Assembly: GCA_963807005.1 (NCBI GenBank)
Contig: CAWDZK010000005.1
Location: 124,806 to 188,805, forward strand
Source: an uncultured Actinomycetota bacterium
Lineage (GTDB): Bacteria > Actinomycetota > Actinomycetes > JACCUZ01
DNA: 64,000 bases
Reading direction: 5' to 3'
Under the pieces are notes generated by a model. That model did not search any database. It was not told the origin of the DNA and saw nothing but the letters and a program-made list of their open reading frames with translations. Of this stretch, positions 28,694 to 37,646 are shown piece by piece (the first letter of the stretch is position 1; each line of letters opens with the position of its first letter). The position numbers and the translations under genes were made by a program.

Positions 28694-30034
28694 ATGCGAC
28701 GACCCTTCCCCTCGATCGCCGCCCTGGTCGCACTGCTCCTCGCTGCTGCCATGGCCGGCTGCACGGCCGGCTCGGACGGGCCGGCCGACGACAGCGCGCC
28801 TGCACCGCGGCCGTCCCCCTCGACCACGCCTGTCGCGGGTGGGCTGGGGCCGGAGTTCTTCGGCATGCACGACGCCGACCCGGTCGGCGACTCCTGGCCG
28901 GACGGGCCGGTCGGGTCGCTCCGGGTCTGGGACGCCGGCGTCGCGTGGAGCCAGGTGGAGACCGCTCCCGGCAGCTACGACTTCAGCCGACTGGACGCGA
29001 TCGTCGACACCGCCCGGGCGCACAAGGCGACGACCCTGATCGTCCTCGGGCAGACACCGACGTTCCACTCGCGCAAGCCGAAGAAGGTCGGCGCGTACGG
29101 CGCCGGCGCCGCGTCGATGCCGAAGATGCGCGCCTGGAAGGCTTACGTCCGCGCGGTGGTGGAGCGCTACAACGCCCCCGACGTCGCGTTCCAGGTCTGG
29201 AACGAGGCCAACGTCGAGGGCTACTGGAACGGCAGCTACCGCCAGATGGCCAAGCTGACCGCAGCCGCGCGCGCGGTGGTGGACTCGGTCACCCCCACGC
29301 CGACGCTGGTGGCGCCCGCCATGGCCGCGCGCACGCTCGGTCAGCGCGCCGGTCTCCGCCTGCTGTTCGCCGAGAAGATCGGCGGCGTGCCGATCGCTGA
29401 CATGGTCGACGTGCTCTCGCTGCAGCTGTACCCGGAGGACGGCGAGGGGCTGGTGCGCAAGGCCGAGCTGCTCACCGAGGCCCGGCGCATCCTCGGGCTG
29501 GTCGGCGTCGCCGCGGACAAGCCGGTCTGGGACACCGAGATCAACTTCGGTCTGCAGGGCGGTGACGCGGCGACGCCGATCACCCCGGACGCGCAGATGA
29601 CCAATGTCGCCATGAGCTACCTGCTGGACGCCGCCGATGGTGTCCAGCGCGTCTACTGGTACGCGTGGGACCTGCACGGGATCGCGAACACCGAGCTCGT
29701 CGGAGAGGACAACGCAACCCTCACCCCGGCCGGGCATGCGTTCGACACCGTGCACCGGTGGTTGCTGGGGTCCACCGTCGACTCCTGCGCACCGGCCACC
29801 GACACTGATGCCTGGGTCTGCGCGCTCACGACCCCCCGCGGGCAGGCGAAGGTCTACTGGAGCCCGTCCGGCTCGGCGGAGGTCCGGACGGCCTTCGACG
29901 CGACCTCGACGGAGGTTCTGGGTGACACCGCGGCGGCGCTGCCGCTGGGCGGCAGCACGTTCTCGATCGGCGATCTGCCCGTACTCGTGCTGAGCGACGC
30001 CTCCGGCGCAGCGGCCCTGCCCCCGCGGATCTGA
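28694..30034 (+). CDS. Lipoprotein glycoside hydrolase, clan GH-A (GH39/GH5-like)
   Basis: Lipobox 'AMAGC'. Putative acid/base 'QVWNEAN' and nucleophile 'VWDTEIN'. 'YWYAWD'. Confidence 0.75.
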   Translation: MRRPFPSIAALVALLLAAAMAGCTAGSDGPADDSAPAPRPSPSTTPVAGGLGPEFFGMHDADPVGDSWPDGPVGSLRVWDAGVAWSQVETAPGSYDFSRLDAIVDTARAHKATTLIVLGQTPTFHSRKPKKVGAYGAGAASMPKMRAWKAYVRAVVERYNAPDVAFQVWNEANVEGYWNGSYRQMAKLTAAARAVVDSVTPTPTLVAPAMAARTLGQRAGLRLLFAEKIGGVPIADMVDVLSLQLYPEDGEGLVRKAELLTEARRILGLVGVAADKPVWDTEINFGLQGGDAATPITPDAQMTNVAMSYLLDAADGVQRVYWYAWDLHGIANTELVGEDNATLTPAGHAFDTVHRWLLGSTVDSCAPATDTDAWVCALTTPRGQAKVYWSPSGSAEVRTAFDATSTEVLGDTAAALPLGGSTFSIGDLPVLVLSDASGAAALPPRI

Positions 30035-30159
30035 CCTCGGGCCGCCCGGCGCGGCCCTGTATCGTGCCCCGCTGGCGCATGCTGCGGACGCCACCGGCGC
30101 GTCGAGCCGACCGCGAGTCCGGACCCATCGCCTCGAGCACCGAAATGGAGACCCACCGC

Positions 30160-30765
30160 ATGGCGTTGCGCATCCACGCCACCGCCGAGATAGACGACGG
30201 TGCCACGGTCGGGGACGGCAGCGCCGTGTGGCAGCTGGCGCACGTCCGCGCCGGGGCCGTGCTCGGCCGGAACGTGGTCGTCGGGCGGGGCGCCTACATC
30301 GGCCCGGACGTGTCCGTCGGGGACGGGAGCAAGATCCAGAACCACGCGATGGTCTACGAGCCGGCCCGTCTCGAGGCCGGCGTCTTCGTCGGTCCGGCCG
30401 TCGTCCTGACCAACGACGAGTACCCGCGGGCGGTGAACCCGGACGGCAGCCCGAAGTCTGCCTCCGACTGGGAGCCGGTCGGCGTCACGGTCCGCGAGGG
30501 CGCCTCGATCGGCGCCCGCAGCGTGTGCGTGGCACCGGTGACCATCGGGCGCTGGGCGCTGGTCGGTGCCGGCTCCGTCGTGGTGCACGACGTCCCCGAC
30601 TTCGCCCTCGTCGCCGGGGTCCCGGCCCGGCGACTGCGCTGGGTCGGCCGGGCCGGCGTCCCCCTCGAGGCCGAGGCCGGGTCCGGGACCACCTTCCGCT
30701 GCCCGCGCACCGGCGCGCGGTACGAACAGCTCGACGACAAGACCCTCGTGGAGGTCGACGCATGA
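30160..30765 (+). CDS. Hexapeptide-repeat N-acetyltransferase (WbpD/WlbB-like)
   Basis: Left-handed beta-helix repeats, 'SKIQNH', 'GPAVVLTND.YPR', 'VAGVPARR', C-terminal 'CPRTG'. Confidence 0.88.
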   Translation: MALRIHATAEIDDGATVGDGSAVWQLAHVRAGAVLGRNVVVGRGAYIGPDVSVGDGSKIQNHAMVYEPARLEAGVFVGPAVVLTNDEYPRAVNPDGSPKSASDWEPVGVTVREGASIGARSVCVAPVTIGRWALVGAGSVVVHDVPDFALVAGVPARRLRWVGRAGVPLEAEAGSGTTFRCPRTGARYEQLDDKTLVEVDA

Positions 30766-31847
30766 CCGCGCTCATCCCTGCTGCCCGCCCCCTGATCGGC
30801 GACGAGGAGCGCGAGGCCGTCGACCGTGTCCTGCGCTCCGGCATGGTCGCGCAGGGCCCGGAGGTCGCCGCGTTCGAAGACGAGTTCGCCGCCGTCGTCG
30901 GCGGCCGCCGTTGCGTCGCTGTGAACTCCGGCACCTCAGCCCTCCACCTGGCCTTCCTCGCCGGGGGGATCGGCCCGGGCGACGAGGTGATCGTCCCGTC
31001 GTTCACCTTTGCGGCGACCGCCAACTCGGTGGCGCTCACTGGGGCGACCCCGGTGTTCGCCGACATCGAGCCGGACCACTTCAACCTCGACCCGGACGCC
31101 GTCGCAGCAGCCATCACGCCGCGCACCCGGGCGATCATGCCGGTGCATCTCTATGGCCACCCGGCGGCGATGGACCGGTTCTCCGATCTTGCCGAGCAGC
31201 GGGACCTGCTGCTGTTCGAGGACGCGGCTCAGGCGCACGCCGCCAGCCTGCACGGCCGGCCGGTCGGGTCGTGGAGCCTCGCCGGCTCCTTCTCGTTCTA
31301 CCCGACGAAGAACATGACCTCCGGCGAGGGTGGCATGGTCACCACCGCCAGCGACGAGCTCGCCCGGACGGTGCAGCTGCTGCGCAACCAGGGGATGGAG
31401 AAGCGCTACGAGAACGAGGTCGTCGGCTTCAATGCCCGGATGACCGACCTGCACGCCGCGATCGGCCGGGTCCAGCTGCGCCAGCTCGCCGGCTGGACCA
31501 AGCAGCGCCAGGCCAACGCGGCCTTCCTCGACGAGAACCTCGACGGCGTCGTCGTTCCGCCGGTCGCTGACGGCGCCGTGCACGTCTACCACCAGTACAC
31601 GGTGCGGGTGCCCGGTCACGACAGGGACGCCTTCGCGGCCGAGCTGGCCGCGCGCGGCGTCGGCTCAGGCGTCTACTACCCGATCCCGAACCACCGGTTG
31701 CCCTCCTTCGGGCTGGCCCTCGACCTGCCCGAGACCGAGCGGGCCGCGCGCGAGGTGCTGTCCCTGCCGGTGCACCCGGCCCTCTCGGAGGCCGAGCTCG
31801 AGACCGTCGTCACTGTCGTCAACGCCGTCGCAGGGGCCGGCTCGTGA
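30762..31847 (+). CDS. DegT/DnrJ/EryC1/StrS aminotransferase (WbpE-like)
   Basis: 'VNSGTSAL', 'PVHLYG', 'EDAAQAH', 'SFYPTKNMTSGEGG'. Confidence 0.92.
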   Translation: MTALIPAARPLIGDEEREAVDRVLRSGMVAQGPEVAAFEDEFAAVVGGRRCVAVNSGTSALHLAFLAGGIGPGDEVIVPSFTFAATANSVALTGATPVFADIEPDHFNLDPDAVAAAITPRTRAIMPVHLYGHPAAMDRFSDLAEQRDLLLFEDAAQAHAASLHGRPVGSWSLAGSFSFYPTKNMTSGEGGMVTTASDELARTVQLLRNQGMEKRYENEVVGFNARMTDLHAAIGRVQLRQLAGWTKQRQANAAFLDENLDGVVVPPVADGAVHVYHQYTVRVPGHDRDAFAAELAARGVGSGVYYPIPNHRLPSFGLALDLPETERAAREVLSLPVHPALSEAELETVVTVVNAVAGAGS

Positions 31848-32830
31848 CGTTGCGCGCAGGCCTGCTGGGCCTGGGGATGATGGGGCGCAACCACGCACGG
31901 GTCCTCGCGTCGCTGCCCGGCGTGGACCTGGTCGCCGTCGCCGACGCCGCCGGTGACGTGCACCGCGCCGCCGCTGGGCGGCCGGTCCTCGCCACCGTCG
32001 AGGAGCTCATCTCCCAGGGCATCGACTACTGCATGGTCGCCGTACCTACCTACCTGCACGAGGAGGTCGGCCTGACGCTCGCCGCCGCCGGTGTCCACGC
32101 GCTGGTCGAGAAGCCCCTGACGCCGGACGTGGCCTCCTCGGAGCGGCTCGCGTCGGCGTTCGAGGACGCCGGACTGGTGGGGGCCGTGGGCCATATCGAG
32201 CGCTACAACCCGGCGCTGCAGGAGGCCCGGCGTCGGCTCGCCACGGGTGAGTTGGGCAGCCTGCACCAGATCATCACTCGTCGGCAGGGACCGTTCCCCG
32301 CGCGGATCGCCGACGTCGGCGTGGTCAAGGACCTGGCCACGCACGACATCGACCTGACCGCGTGGGTCACCCAGCAGCAGTTCACGTCGGTCTCGGCGCA
32401 GGTGGCGCACCGCAGCGGGCGCGAGCACGAGGACCTGGTCGCCATCGTCGGCCGGCTCGCGGACGGGACGGTCACCAGCCACCTGGTGAACTGGCTCTCC
32501 CCGTTCAAGGAGCGGATCACCGTCATCACAGGTGACCGCGGCGCCTTCGTCGCCGACACCCTCACCGCCGACCTCACTTTTCACGCCAACGGCACGATCG
32601 CCACCGAGTGGGAGTCGATCGCGAAGTTCCGTGGCGTCAGCGAGGGTGACATGATCCGCTACGCCATCGCCAAGCCGGAACCGCTGCGGTCGGAGCACGA
32701 GGCGTTCCGGGACGCCGTGCTCGGCAAGGAGGCCGACATCGTCACCATGCGACAGGGCCTGGCGACGGTCGCCGTGGCGGAGGCGGCTCTCCGGTCGGCC
32801 CGGACCGGATCCACCCAGAGCATCGGCTGA
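31844..32830 (+). CDS. Gfo/Idh/MocA oxidoreductase (WbpB-like sugar 3-dehydrogenase)
   Basis: 'GLGMMG', 'EKP', 'VGHIERYNPA', 'DVGVVKDLATHDID'. Confidence 0.9.
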   Translation: MTLRAGLLGLGMMGRNHARVLASLPGVDLVAVADAAGDVHRAAAGRPVLATVEELISQGIDYCMVAVPTYLHEEVGLTLAAAGVHALVEKPLTPDVASSERLASAFEDAGLVGAVGHIERYNPALQEARRRLATGELGSLHQIITRRQGPFPARIADVGVVKDLATHDIDLTAWVTQQQFTSVSAQVAHRSGREHEDLVAIVGRLADGTVTSHLVNWLSPFKERITVITGDRGAFVADTLTADLTFHANGTIATEWESIAKFRGVSEGDMIRYAIAKPEPLRSEHEAFRDAVLGKEADIVTMRQGLATVAVAEAALRSARTGSTQSIG

Positions 32831-32831
32831 G

Positions 32832-34349
32832 GTGGACGACCCGCGGCCCGACGAGCCGCCGGAGGAGTTTGTCGACGACGTCGACGTCGTTCCCGGCTCA
32901 CCGAGCGAGCTCGGCCGCGCGGTCTCCCGCGACGTCGCGATCTACACGATCGGCACGGTCGTCGCGAACGGCATCCTTTACCTAGCGGTGCCGATCTACA
33001 CCCGCGTCTTCCCCCCTGTCGAGTACAGCAAGTTCGCCTTCGTGACGACGGTGAGCGGGATGCTTGCAGGCGTGCTCGTCCTCGGCGGCGACACGGCGCT
33101 GGCCCGGTTCTGGTTCAAGGACCCGGCACTGGCTGCGCGCCGCACGTTGTGCCTTACCTGGATCGGCTTCCTCGCAGCTTGGGCCGCGGTGTTCTGCCTC
33201 GCTCTGGCCCCCTTCACACCGGCTGTGGCTTCGTGGACGCTCGACCAGCGCAACGCCGCCTCGCTGTACCTGCTCGCACTCGCCACCCTCCCGATCGCGC
33301 AGACCAGCCGCATGCTCGCCCAGATTCTTCGCAACGAGTTCCGCCCCGTGCCGTTCGTTCTGACCGGTGTGGTCCTCGGCGCCGGCAGCCTAGGAGGAGG
33401 GCTGCTCTTCGCAGTGGGCCTGGACCTCGGGGTCGCGGGGATCTTCGTCGGCATCCTGTGTGCCGAGACCCTGGTACTGGGCCTGCGCACCGCCCTGACC
33501 TTCGACCTGTTCCGTGGGTCGTTCGACCGGGATCTGCTGCGAGGGCTGCTGCGCTTCGGCGTTCCTCTCGTGCCGGTCACGGTCAGCTTCTGGGTCTTCA
33601 CGGCCGCCGATCGGGTCGTGGTCGGAAAGGTCGCCGGGCTCGAACAGCTGGGGTACTACAGCGTGGCCGTGACGGTCACGATGGTCTTCGTCGTACTGAC
33701 GAGTGCGGTATCGCAGGCATGGCTGCCTCGCGCCATGCAGCTCTACGAGGCCGACCGCGAGAGAGCGGCCACGGTCATCGGCGCGTCGCTGACGTACTAC
33801 GTGTTCGTCCTGGGGGTGCTGGCCAGCGGCATCGCCGCTCTGGCGCCAGAGGTCACGGCAGTGCTCGCCGGACCCGAGTACGCGCCCGCCGCCGCGGCGA
33901 TCCCGCTGCTCTGCCTCGGCTCGGTCGCGTACGGTTCGCAGACGATCACTGCCAGCGGGATGACCATGACCCACCGGACCGGTCGGCTTGCCTCCATCTC
34001 CCTCGGCGCAGCGGCCGTCAACGTCGCCGCCGCACTGCTCCTGGTGCCTCCGTTCGGGATCGTCGGTGCGGCCGGAGCCAGCCTGGCCGGCTACGGCCTC
34101 CTGACCACGGGGTACCTCTGGGCCTCTCAGCGGTTCTGGGCGATCCACCTGCAGCCGCGCCGGCTAGCCGTCACCGTTGCACTGCTCGCCCTGGTCGGCC
34201 TGGTCACGACCACCCAGCGCGACCAGCCAGTGGGGCTACGGCTGCTCGTGCCGATCGCGTTCGTCGCGGGCTGGGTGCTCCTGGCCGGGGTGCACGCCGA
34301 CGAGCGGGACGCTCTACGCGCTGGGGCCCGGCTCCTCCGGCGCCGCTGA
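32832..34349 (+). CDS. wzx: Wzx-type polysaccharide flippase
   Basis: About 12 TM segments, 'VPIYTRVFPPVEYS', 'LRFGVPL', 'DRVVVG', 'LGYYSVA'. Confidence 0.85.
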   Translation: MDDPRPDEPPEEFVDDVDVVPGSPSELGRAVSRDVAIYTIGTVVANGILYLAVPIYTRVFPPVEYSKFAFVTTVSGMLAGVLVLGGDTALARFWFKDPALAARRTLCLTWIGFLAAWAAVFCLALAPFTPAVASWTLDQRNAASLYLLALATLPIAQTSRMLAQILRNEFRPVPFVLTGVVLGAGSLGGGLLFAVGLDLGVAGIFVGILCAETLVLGLRTALTFDLFRGSFDRDLLRGLLRFGVPLVPVTVSFWVFTAADRVVVGKVAGLEQLGYYSVAVTVTMVFVVLTSAVSQAWLPRAMQLYEADRERAATVIGASLTYYVFVLGVLASGIAALAPEVTAVLAGPEYAPAAAAIPLLCLGSVAYGSQTITASGMTMTHRTGRLASISLGAAAVNVAAALLLVPPFGIVGAAGASLAGYGLLTTGYLWASQRFWAIHLQPRRLAVTVALLALVGLVTTTQRDQPVGLRLLVPIAFVAGWVLLAGVHADERDALRAGARLLRRR

Positions 34350-34781
34350 ACTCTCGTCGGCCAGCCGGCGCGCGGCCCCGGGGAGGACCCGGGCCGGCAC
34401 CCCGGCGAGCACGCTCCATGGCGGAGCCTGAGTGCCCTGGGTGACCACGGCGCCGGCGGCAACCACCGAGTGGGATCCGATCCTGCAGCCCATGAGCACG
34501 ATCGCGCCGGCGCCGACATGGACGTGGTCGCCCAGAACCGTGGGGGCCTGATCGATGTCCGCCTGACCCTGGGCTAGGGCCCTCCGGACGGTGGAGTGGG
34601 TGTAGATCTGTGCTCCGGCGGAGATGTCGCAACCTGCTCCGATGGTGAGCCCGCCGCTGCCGTCGATAACCGTGAACGCACCGATCCAGCAGCCCGCCCC
34701 GACGTCGGGTTCGCCGACGACCCAGGCGTGCGGATTCCACCGATTGACCGGCAGGTGGTGCCACTCAGGCGGCTGCGTCAT
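34314..34781 (-). CDS. Hexapeptide-repeat acyltransferase
   Basis: 'DVGAGCWIGAFTVIDGSGGLTIGAGCDISAGAQIYTH', 'AGVPARV'. Overlaps the wzx 3' end by 36 nt. Confidence 0.82.
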   Translation of the reverse strand: MTQPPEWHHLPVNRWNPHAWVVGEPDVGAGCWIGAFTVIDGSGGLTIGAGCDISAGAQIYTHSTVRRALAQGQADIDQAPTVLGDHVHVGAGAIVLMGCRIGSHSVVAAGAVVTQGTQAPPWSVLAGVPARVLPGAARRLADESSAAPEEPGPSA

Positions 34782-34923
34782 GCCCGAGCGCCTGCCTCTC
34801 CGACGGTCGACCGCCCTGCAGCGGCACCGGTCCGGCACCGGCGCACCTGTAGTATCCCATCGATCGGGAGCCCGGGGTCGGCGCCCGGAAATCTTGCTCT
34901 CTCTGGTTCGGGACGGATCCTCT

Positions 34924-35892
34924 ATGCACTCGGTGGCAGGGCGCTCGCTGCTCATCACGGGCGGTGCCGGTTTCATCGGCAGCCACCTCGTGGACCGGCT
35001 CCTGCGCGACGATCCAGCCCGCGTGGTCGTCGTCGACAACTTCTTCCTTGGCCACGAGAAGAACCTCGCCGACGCCCGAGCATCCCGACCGGACCTCGAG
35101 GTGGTGCGGCTCGACGCCGCTGATCTCGCCGCGATGCAGGATGTCGTCACGACCCACGAGGTCGACGTGGTCTTCGACCTGGCGGTCGTGCCGCTGCCGA
35201 CCTCGCTGACCTACCCGGCGTGGACGGTACAGACGAACGTCGGCATCGCGACCACCTTCTGCGAGATCGCCCGGCGGGGGCTGATCGACCGGCTCATCCA
35301 CTGCTCGTCGTCCGAGGCCTACGGCACTGCGCGGTACGTCCCAATGGACGAGGGGCACCCGCACGACGCCATCACCCCGTACGCGGCCAGCAAGTCGGCC
35401 GCGGACCACATCATCGAGTCGTACGTGCAGACCTTTGGCATCGACGCGACGATAGTGCGGCCGTTCAACAACTTCGGGCCCCGGCAGAACCCCGGCTCGT
35501 ACGCCGGGATCATCCCGATCGTCGCGCAGCGGGTTGCCGCTGGGCAACCTATCGAGATCCACGGGGACGGTCAGCAGACCCGGGACTTCATCTACGCCCC
35601 TGAGACGGCCGACATGATCGTGCGCGTCTTCGAGAGCGAGGCCTGCCGAGGCCGCGTCCTGAACGTCGCGTCCGGCATCGAGACCTCCGTCAACGACCTG
35701 GTCCGCCGACTGCTGCGCGTCCTGGGTGCCGATGAACACCCGGTCGTGCACACGGATGAGCGCCCCGGCGACGTGCGCCGGCACTGCGCGGACATCTCGC
35801 TGGCGCGCAAGCTGCTCGAGTACGAGCCGCGCGAGATCTCGGACCACGATCTCGCCGAGACCGTCCAGTGGTACGCGGAGATGCAGCGATGA
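34924..35892 (+). CDS. NAD-dependent nucleotide-sugar epimerase/dehydratase
   Basis: 'TGGAGFIGSHL', 'SSSEAYG', 'YAASK', 'RPFNNFGP', 'GDGQQTRDF'. Confidence 0.92.
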   Translation: MHSVAGRSLLITGGAGFIGSHLVDRLLRDDPARVVVVDNFFLGHEKNLADARASRPDLEVVRLDAADLAAMQDVVTTHEVDVVFDLAVVPLPTSLTYPAWTVQTNVGIATTFCEIARRGLIDRLIHCSSSEAYGTARYVPMDEGHPHDAITPYAASKSAADHIIESYVQTFGIDATIVRPFNNFGPRQNPGSYAGIIPIVAQRVAAGQPIEIHGDGQQTRDFIYAPETADMIVRVFESEACRGRVLNVASGIETSVNDLVRRLLRVLGADEHPVVHTDERPGDVRRHCADISLARKLLEYEPREISDHDLAETVQWYAEMQR

Positions 35893-36995
35893 GGCTCAAC
35901 CTTCCGCTTACCGGCCAGGAGGAGCTCGACGAGGTCGCAGCCGTCCTCGAGACCGGTTACCTCACCCAGGGCCCGAAGGCGGCGCAGTTCGAGTCGCTCG
36001 TGGCGGCCTACACAGGTGTCCGGCACGCGTTCGCGACCAGCTCGTGCACCACCGCCCTTCATCTCGCCGTCGTCGGGCTCGGTGTCGGTCCCGGTGACGA
36101 GGTCGTCGTCCCCGACTTCACGTTCCCGGCCACGGCGAACGTCGTCGTCCAGCAGGGTGCAACGCCGGTCGTCGTCGACATCGACCCGGACACGTTCGGC
36201 ATGGATCCGGCGGCGCTCGCCGCCGCCATCACGCCTCGCACCAAGGCCGTCATCGTCGTGCACGCATTCGGGCTGTGCGCTGACATGGACGGCATCAATG
36301 CAGTCGCCGATGCGGCCGGGGTACCGGTTGTCGAGGACGCCGCGTGCGCCCTCGGCGGCACCTACCACGGTCGTGCGGCTGGTTCGCTGTCGGCGGTCGG
36401 CGCCTTCTCGTTCCACCCGCGGAAGATCATCACCACCGGCGAGGGCGGGATGGTCATGACGGACGACGACGAGCTGGCCGAGCGGTTCGCAGTGCTGAGG
36501 ACCCACGGGGGCGTCCGTCGGGAGCTGTACCTCGAGTTCGAGGAGGCCGGTTTCAACTACCGCCTGAGCGACGTCAATGCCGCGATCGGAGTCGCCCAGA
36601 TGGCTCGGCTGTCCGAGCTGGTTCGGCGGCGGCGCGAACTCGCTGGACGCTTGACCGAGATGCTGCAGGGCTCGCCGGGGCTCCGGACGCCGTCCGAGCC
36701 CGAGGGCGTCGAGCACACCTACCAGTCCTACGTGGTGATGCTCGACGACGCGATCGACCGCGACGCGGTCATCCGTGGCACGCGTGACCGGGACGTGGAG
36801 ACCACGCTGGGCACCTACTCGCTCAGCGCCCAGCCGTACTTCCAGCGCACCCTTGACCTGCGCGAGGGCACCTGCAAGAACGGCAGCCGCGCCTTCCGCC
36901 AGTCGCTCACCCTCCCGCTCTACCCTCAGTTGACCGACGCGGACCTCGAGCAGGTCGTCGAGGCCGTCGGCAGGGCTGTCGCGGCAGTGTCCTGA
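35889..36995 (+). CDS. Second DegT/DnrJ/EryC1/StrS aminotransferase
   Basis: 'SSCTTALH', 'EDAACA', 'SFHPRKIITTGEGG', 'GFNYRLSD'. ATGA overlap with the epimerase gene. Confidence 0.92.
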   Translation: MRLNLPLTGQEELDEVAAVLETGYLTQGPKAAQFESLVAAYTGVRHAFATSSCTTALHLAVVGLGVGPGDEVVVPDFTFPATANVVVQQGATPVVVDIDPDTFGMDPAALAAAITPRTKAVIVVHAFGLCADMDGINAVADAAGVPVVEDAACALGGTYHGRAAGSLSAVGAFSFHPRKIITTGEGGMVMTDDDELAERFAVLRTHGGVRRELYLEFEEAGFNYRLSDVNAAIGVAQMARLSELVRRRRELAGRLTEMLQGSPGLRTPSEPEGVEHTYQSYVVMLDDAIDRDAVIRGTRDRDVETTLGTYSLSAQPYFQRTLDLREGTCKNGSRAFRQSLTLPLYPQLTDADLEQVVEAVGRAVAAVS

Positions 36996-37008
36996 TCCGA
37001 GGAGACCG

Positions 37009-37638
37009 ATGAGCAGCACGCCAGAGGTCGTGGTCGTGGACTACGGCATGGGCAACGTCGGGTCGATCCGCAACATGCTGTCGCGGCTCGGCGCCGTCGG
37101 CGTCGTCACCGGCGATCCTGATGTCGTTGCCCGCGCCGACCGGGTGATCCTGCCCGGCGTCGGCGCGTTCGACGAGGCGATGTCCACCCTTCGCGCGGCT
37201 GGCCTCGACGAAGCGCTGCTCCAGCGCTCGGCAGCAGGCGACGCGCCGTTGCTCGGTGTCTGCCTCGGGATGCAGCTGCTGCTGGAGGGAAGCGAGGAGG
37301 GCGACGAGAAGGGTCTCGGACTCGTCCCGGGCACCTGCCGACGGCTCCCGGACAGCGTCGACGGGCTGGCGCTGCGCGTTCCCCACATGGGGTGGAGCAC
37401 GGTGGAGCCGGTCCGCACGTCGCCGCACGTCCCGTCACTCGGCCTCGACGCCCGCTACTACTTCGTGCACTCCTACCACGCCGACCCGGCCGTCGACGAG
37501 GACGTGCTCGGCCGTTCGACCTACGGCGTCACGTTCACGTCCGCCGTCGCGCGCGACAACGTGGTCGGCGTCCAGTTCCACCCCGAGAAGAGCCACCGGC
37601 ACGGCCTGCGCCTGCTCGCCGACTTCGTCGGGGTCTGA
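37009..37638 (+). CDS. hisH: HisH-type glutamine amidotransferase (glycan-associated, WbuY/HisH2-like), copy 1
   Basis: 'VVDYGMGN', 'ILPGVG', catalytic 'GVCLGMQ', 'PHMGW', 'YFVHSY', 'QFHPEKS'. Confidence 0.9.
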   Translation: MSSTPEVVVVDYGMGNVGSIRNMLSRLGAVGVVTGDPDVVARADRVILPGVGAFDEAMSTLRAAGLDEALLQRSAAGDAPLLGVCLGMQLLLEGSEEGDEKGLGLVPGTCRRLPDSVDGLALRVPHMGWSTVEPVRTSPHVPSLGLDARYYFVHSYHADPAVDEDVLGRSTYGVTFTSAVARDNVVGVQFHPEKSHRHGLRLLADFVGV

Positions 37639-37646
37639 GAGGCACC

